Source of the DNA: an uncultured archaeon
Lineage (GTDB): Archaea > Asgardarchaeota > Jordiarchaeia > Jordiarchaeales > Jordiarchaeaceae
Length of the DNA: 32,000 bases
Assembly (NCBI GenBank): GCA_964510585.1
Contig: CAZECW010000126.1
Coordinates: 1 to 32,000, forward strand
Direction of reading: 5' to 3'
The notes below the pieces were generated by a model. It was not told the origin of the DNA. It did no database searches and saw only the letters and a list, made by a program, of their open reading frames with translations. This document shows, piece by piece, positions 27,895 to 32,000 of the stretch; the first letter of the stretch is position 1, and the number at the start of each line of letters is the position of its first letter. Made by a program: the position numbers and the translations under genes.

Positions 27895-28020
27895 GGGCTC
27901 ATAGCTCAGTGGAAGATTCCCAAAAAAGGAAGCCAAGAGCGCCTGGTTTGCAGCCAGGAGGCCGCGGGTTCAAAACCACAGAGAAAAACTCAAAAGGTGA
28001 AACTCCCGCTGAGTCCACCA
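27895..28020 (+). tRNA. tRNA-Ala(TGC), introns at 22/23 (27916-27937) and 59/60 (27975-28003), CCA encoded
   Basis: Acceptor GGGCTCA/TGAGTCC with G3.T70, anticodon arm CCTGG-TTTGCAG-CCAGG. BHB helices TGGA/GCCA (relaxed) and TTCA/TGAA. Spliced length 75 nt. Confidence 0.9.
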
Positions 28021-28154
28021 ACCCCACCACAAAAAAACACGAAACAAACACCACCCCCCACCAAAAACCCTACAACTACCCCAACCCTCACCTTCAAAAA
28101 CCCTACACGAAAAACTTAATTATCTCAAAACAACACAAAAGTTAACACCAAAAA

Positions 28155-28230
28155 GGGCGAGTAGTCTAGCGGCTATGACACCGCCTTGACGTGGCGGAGG
28201 TCGCAGGTTCAAATCCTGCCTCGCCCACCA
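28155..28230 (+). tRNA. tRNA-Val(GAC), intronless, CCA encoded
   Basis: GGGCGAG/CTCGCCC, CCGCC-TTGACGT-GGCGG, GCAGG-TTCAAAT-CCTGC. Confidence 0.97.
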
Positions 28231-28252
28231 CCCCTTCAGAAAAAACAAAAGA

Positions 28253-28260
28253 TTTAATAA
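28253..28260 (+). promoter_or_regulatory. TATA box for tRNA-Phe
   Basis: AAAAGA followed by TTTAATAA; predicted start about 28283-28285. Confidence 0.55.
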
Positions 28261-28311
28261 GTTGTGAAAAAAACTTGTTTTTGCCGTCGTCCAAATTCTC
28301 CCAGGATAGGT

Positions 28312-28472
28312 GCCGTCGTAACTATTCACAAAGAATAGCGACAAGCTTAGCCCGGGAGAGCGTCGGATGCTGCCAGAATCCCTGACAGAAGACGAAACTG
28401 AAGATCCGATTGTCGCTGGATGCTGCCAGAATCACTGACAGAAGGCGACTTCAAATCCGGCCGACGGCACCA
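28312..28472 (+). tRNA. tRNA-Phe(GAA), introns at 9/10 (28321-28344), 30/31 (28367-28396), 53/54 (28420-28449), CCA encoded
   Basis: Spliced: GCCGTCG TA GCTT AGCCCGGGA GAGC G TCGGA CTGAAGA TCCGA TTGTC GCTGG TTCAAAT CCGGC CGACGGC ACCA (77 nt). BHB helices GTCG/CGAC, CGTC/GACG, CGCT/GGCG. Confidence 0.92.
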
Positions 28473-28597
28473 CACAATAAACCCCACCTTGAACCTCCTT
28501 TTCACAAACTCGATAGCACTAGTTTCAATCATAACTAGGCTCACTTTGAAAATTTCCTGTCTCCACCCTCATTCTTACAGTTTAGTAAAAGTAGGTT

Positions 28598-28705
28598 TGG
28601 TGCGGCTGCCGGGAGTCTCGGATAAAGGCTGCTCTCCTTCCTCATTCGAACCCGGGTAACGAGCTTGGAAGGCTCGGGTCCTAAACCAGGCTAGACTACA
28701 GCCGC
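28598..28705 (-). tRNA. tRNA-Gly(TCC), 30-nt intron at 59/60 (28615-28644), CCA encoded
   Basis: GCGGCTG/CAGCCGC, CGAGC-CTTCCAA-GCTCG. BHB helix TTCG/CGAG with bulges AA|T and AC|T. Spliced length 78 nt. Confidence 0.93.
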
Positions 28706-28794
28706 ACCTTTTGATATTTTGCGTCTTGTACTAATACTTAAATTTTTCCTCGGACTGGTTAGTTATACTGTTTTTGGGTGGGTTTGTTTGTGTT

Positions 28795-29148
28795 TTAGGT
28801 GATGTTGAGGTAGATGGTTCGTGTTGTTTGGAGTATTTTTTCTTCTTTTGTTGTTTCTATTCTCATTTGTAGTCCGCCGAATGATGCGTGGTAGATGTGT
28901 TTGTCTTCTGTTTTTGTTCTTCGGCTAATTTTTCCTTCTAGGGCGATTTTGGTGTTTTTTGTTTCTAGGGGCTTGTCGCTGATTTGAATGTAGACTTTGT
29001 CATTTTCTTTTATGGGTGTTAGTTCTTTGGGGAGTTCTATTGTGATGTTTAGCTGTTCTTCTTCGGAGGTTAGTTGGTACTTTTGTATTTTGTTCAGGTC
29101 TGTGGTTTCTATTTTTGTGACGATTAGTTCGGATTTGATGTCTGCCAT
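28795..29148 (-). CDS. rpoG: RNA polymerase subunit G (Rpo8/Rpb8 homolog)
   Basis: HASFGGLQMRI matches the Rpb8 SFGGLLM motif. 117 aa from ATG 29148 after GGTGA. The upstream extension in the ORF track overlaps the next gene and is spurious. Confidence 0.85.
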   Translation of the reverse strand: MADIKSELIVTKIETTDLNKIQKYQLTSEEEQLNITIELPKELTPIKENDKVYIQISDKPLETKNTKIALEGKISRRTKTEDKHIYHASFGGLQMRIETTKEEKILQTTRTIYLNIT

Positions 29149-29234
29149 TTTTATGTCACCTCTCTTAGGGGCTTCTGTTTTTAAAATATGTGACCTATTT
29201 GGACTTTTTATAATGTGTTTACTGCCTTTTTGTT

Positions 29235-29573
29235 TTATGTTGGTATGATGGCTACTCCTGCTATGCTTAATGCTCCGCCTAATATTACTGCTGCAGTCCA
29301 CCAGAAGAAGTAGTGTTTCCAGGCGTCTGGGTTTTCTTCGACTAGTTTGTTTGTGCCCCAGGATAGGCCCCAGAAGTATAGTGACATTATTAGTAGGGTG
29401 GAGGTTTCTGAGTTTAGGCCCACTCCCTCGATTAGCATCATTGCTGCTAGGATGGCTATTAGGGTGGCTAGTGATCCCCAGCCGGTCCATTCTAAAACTG
29501 TTTTGAAGCGTTCGCGTGGGAGGTGTTCTGTGAGTTCGTCTTCTTCTTGGTCTCCTGTTTCCTTTTTGGTCAT
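29235..29573 (-). CDS. Small membrane protein (about 3 TM helices), unknown function
   Basis: Acidic N-terminus followed by three hydrophobic segments; co-oriented with rpoG. Confidence 0.7.
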   Translation of the reverse strand: MTKKETGDQEEDELTEHLPRERFKTVLEWTGWGSLATLIAILAAMMLIEGVGLNSETSTLLIMSLYFWGLSWGTNKLVEENPDAWKHYFFWWTAAVILGGALSIAGVAIIPT

Positions 29574-29669
29574 TGTTATTCCTCGAGACTGGGTGGGTAA
29601 TGTTTGTATTAAAATTTTTCTTCTGTTCTTGTTATTATTGGTTTTTGTTATTGTGTTTTTGGTTGTTTT

Positions 29670-30908
29670 TTATGTTTCGGTTGTGTTGGATGCGATGATT
29701 TTTATATTGTTTCCTGTTAATTTATCTATTTTTTGTTCTAGTTTTTTGATGTGGCTTTCTATGCGGTTGGTGCTTTTTTGGTGTTCTGCCTCGATTCTGG
29801 ATATTTCTGTGTTTAGGTCTTCTCTTTTTTGGTTGAGTTCTTCCATTATGGTTTCAAGATGTTTCTGTTTCTGTGTTAATCCCTTCTCATTTATGCGTAT
29901 TGTCAGTTTGTCTTTTTCGGAGGCTAACTCTTCATATTTCTTTTTGAGGGGTGGTAAGGTGTCCTCTTTAAAGATTCTGCTGATTTGTTCCATTGCCTTT
30001 TTTTGTCTGCTGCCTTTGAGGTCTAACATTTCGGCTGCTAGAATCTCGTTTAGTCGGGTGAGGAGGGATTTTAGTTGGGAGCAGTTTTGGTCTTCGGAGA
30101 GGAAGGTGTTTAGGGGGGTGTCTAGATAGTTTCTTAAAGTTTGTCTCTGTTCTCCGCTGATGCTAACTGTTCCGTCGGCAACGAGTTTTTCCAGTTTTCT
30201 GAATGGTTTCTCTAGGGAGCGTAGCTCTCTCAGTATGGTTTCCTCTACCTGCTTTAATTCCTTTTCTACATCTGTTATGTTTCTCACAAGGGCGGCTTCT
30301 TTAATCTCTTTTAGTTCGCTGTGCTTCGCTTCTTTGTCTTTTTCGAATTTGGTGAGAGTTTCGGATAGTTTTGATTTCTGTTGCAGGAGTTCTTTTGCAA
30401 TTTTTTGTTCTTTTTGTATTTCTTCAATTATACTAAAAATTGAGTAGTAATCCTTAATGTGGAGATGTTTTTTTGCTAGTAGCTTTTGCAGTTCTTGGTA
30501 TTCTCCACCCAACTTTTTCAGGTAAATATCTATTTCCGCGATTTCTGCCTTGTAATGGGGGGCCATTTTGGGCACCCATTTCTGACCATGCTCAGTAATT
30601 GTTTTTAGAACCTTCTCCAGATTGTATTGCAGGGTTTCCAAATTATTGTAGGTTATTTCGTTTGGAATCCCAAAATTTTCAATTAGGGGAGTCACTTTTT
30701 CCACGAAGCGGTTGGCAGCTTTCATTGCGAGTTCGCTTATTCCCCTCTCATCCTTGCTTCCTAAGCGTTGGAAGGCGTCTTTTAAATCATTTATGAGTTC
30801 AGCGATTTTGTCGCGAGATTTCTGTCCGTCTCGCTTAAATGCTTCCAATTTTTTACCCAAATTATCCTGCAACCAATTAGGTAACCTATCTAATTGCACC
30901 TCTTTCAT
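29670..30908 (-). CDS. Long coiled-coil protein, unknown function
   Basis: 412 aa, E/K/L-rich heptad character, SD GGAGGGT, no recognisable ATPase motifs. Confidence 0.75.
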   Translation of the reverse strand: MKEVQLDRLPNWLQDNLGKKLEAFKRDGQKSRDKIAELINDLKDAFQRLGSKDERGISELAMKAANRFVEKVTPLIENFGIPNEITYNNLETLQYNLEKVLKTITEHGQKWVPKMAPHYKAEIAEIDIYLKKLGGEYQELQKLLAKKHLHIKDYYSIFSIIEEIQKEQKIAKELLQQKSKLSETLTKFEKDKEAKHSELKEIKEAALVRNITDVEKELKQVEETILRELRSLEKPFRKLEKLVADGTVSISGEQRQTLRNYLDTPLNTFLSEDQNCSQLKSLLTRLNEILAAEMLDLKGSRQKKAMEQISRIFKEDTLPPLKKKYEELASEKDKLTIRINEKGLTQKQKHLETIMEELNQKREDLNTEISRIEAEHQKSTNRIESHIKKLEQKIDKLTGNNIKIIASNTTET

Positions 30909-31292
30909 TGAGAAACCCTCCGGTCGCCCACTGATAATATAATTGTTTCAACCTATGACTGTGTAACAAGTCTGCCTAATTATGTGTTAGCCCTTTTTCT
31001 ACTGCTATTTGTCTTATGGATTTAACTTTAAATTAATTGTAATAAGGATGAAAAGGGTTTTTATTTTTTTATTCTGTTTTACTCCCTAAAACCTTATTGG
31101 AAGGGGCATAACTAACTAAATACGCTAAGGTTACATTAGAGGGGTTGCTTTGGTTCTCCCTGCGGCTGGGGTTGGGGGCTATCTCGCCAATATTTTTGTA
31201 AAAATCTGCCGTGAGGGGTGAAAATATAATAGGGTGGAGGTGGTTTAAGATGTAAAAAAGAAATAAAAATTTTAATTTTTGGAGGATTGTGA

Positions 31293-32000
31293 ATGGCTTG
31301 GGATGTGGTTATTGTAGGTGGCGGTGTTGCTGGTTTGTCTGCGGGTGCTATCCTTGCGAAGGATGGATTTAAAACGCTGGTTTTGGAGGAGAAACTCAGA
31401 GTTGGAGGGAGGGGTAATTCCTTCGAATATAAGAAGGGGTACATTGTTGACTTTGGGATTCATGCTTTGAGGCTTGCAGATAAGGGTGCTGCTGCCAGGG
31501 TTTTTGAGCGGATCGGTGAAAAGTTGGAGATTGTTGAACCTGAGATACAAAAATTGTATTACAAGGATAGTTGGACAGATTTACCCCTGTCTGTTAATAA
31601 GCTTTCAACAACACCTATATTCACCCAAAGGGATAAGGAAGAGTTAGGACCGGCGCTTACACAGATGTTAACGCTTAAGCCAGAAGAGTATTATGATGTT
31701 CCTGTTGAGAAATGGTCGGAAGAAAATGTGAAGAGTGACAATCTTAAATGGTTTTTAAAAGAAATTTTAACCAAACTACTTTTGGTTGCTGCGGATATGG
31801 CGGTGACATCCACTGGGGAACTTTTCGATCTGGTTCAAGTATTTGTCAAAACTGGTAAAGGGGCAGGGTACGCTGTAGGCGGGTGGAAGACAATACTGGA
31901 TAGGCTAACTGAAACCGTAGAGGCTAATGGAGAAGTGAGGGTTGGAACTAAGGCGGAAAAAATTATTGTGAAGAATAATGAAGTCAAAGGAGTGTTAACG
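31293..32000 (+). CDS. FAD-dependent oxidoreductase (phytoene desaturase-like), partial at right edge
   Basis: Hand translation MAWDVVIVGGGVAGLSAGAILAKDGFKTLVLEEKLRVGGR...VDFGIH: GxGxxG and GG motifs. SD GGAGG. Confidence 0.9.
   Translation, partial: MAWDVVIVGGGVAGLSAGAILAKDGFKTLVLEEKLRVGGRGNSFEYKKGYIVDFGIHALRLADKGAAARVFERIGEKLEIVEPEIQKLYYKDSWTDLPLSVNKLSTTPIFTQRDKEELGPALTQMLTLKPEEYYDVPVEKWSEENVKSDNLKWFLKEILTKLLLVAADMAVTSTGELFDLVQVFVKTGKGAGYAVGGWKTILDRLTETVEANGEVRVGTKAEKIIVKNNEVKGVLT

Noticed and set aside
28283-28311. Leader insert of Phe as a fourth intron
   Set aside because: No BHB register found, and the second copy carries the AGGT leader seen at other true tRNA starts.
28367-28449. 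Phe twin introns as box C/D RNAs (ATGCTGC and CTGA)
   Set aside because: Box C match is only 5/7, and 30 nt is too short for a guide. The 30-bp near-repeat is also not a CRISPR array (two copies, inside a tRNA).
29149-30129. N-terminal extension of rpoG to 29490 and the 260-aa antisense ORF 29347-30129
   Set aside because: They overlap better-supported genes, and stop-poor frames are expected from the skew.
31140-31230. GC-rich patch containing CAGCCGCA as a tRNA-Gly fragment or ncRNA
   Set aside because: No T arm or cloverleaf and no stable extended fold seen.

Overview
Archaeal core-genome window with no mobile element, CRISPR array or rRNA. PolD large subunit together with RNA polymerase subunit G (Rpb8) and ribosomal protein eL38 suggests a non-Thermoproteales TACK or Asgard lineage (inference). 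Protein genes include DP2, eL38, archaemetzincin, a stand-alone EF-2, CCA-adding enzyme, ThpR (apparent CTG start), a tRNA splicing endonuclease subunit lacking the catalytic His, a protease-less LonB-like ATPase, two methyltransferases, an OPT-like transporter and RpoG. The main signal is in the RNA genes. I reconstructed eight tRNA genes by hand. Seven carry 13 short introns with strict or relaxed bulge-helix-bulge (BHB) motifs, none at canonical 37/38. Initiator tRNA-Met and tRNA-Phe have three introns each, and two Phe introns are 27/30 identical. The most novel-looking pattern: exactly the two tRNAs whose first intron needs acceptor-stem bases for its BHB helix (iMet 10/11, Phe 9/10) carry a duplicate of their acceptor 5' strand in the leader, near the predicted transcription start. 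This suggests a placeholder-strand folding switch. A box C/D sRNA candidate lies at 9133-9197. All calls are manual and need tRNAscan-SE/SPLITS, HMM and RNA-level confirmation.
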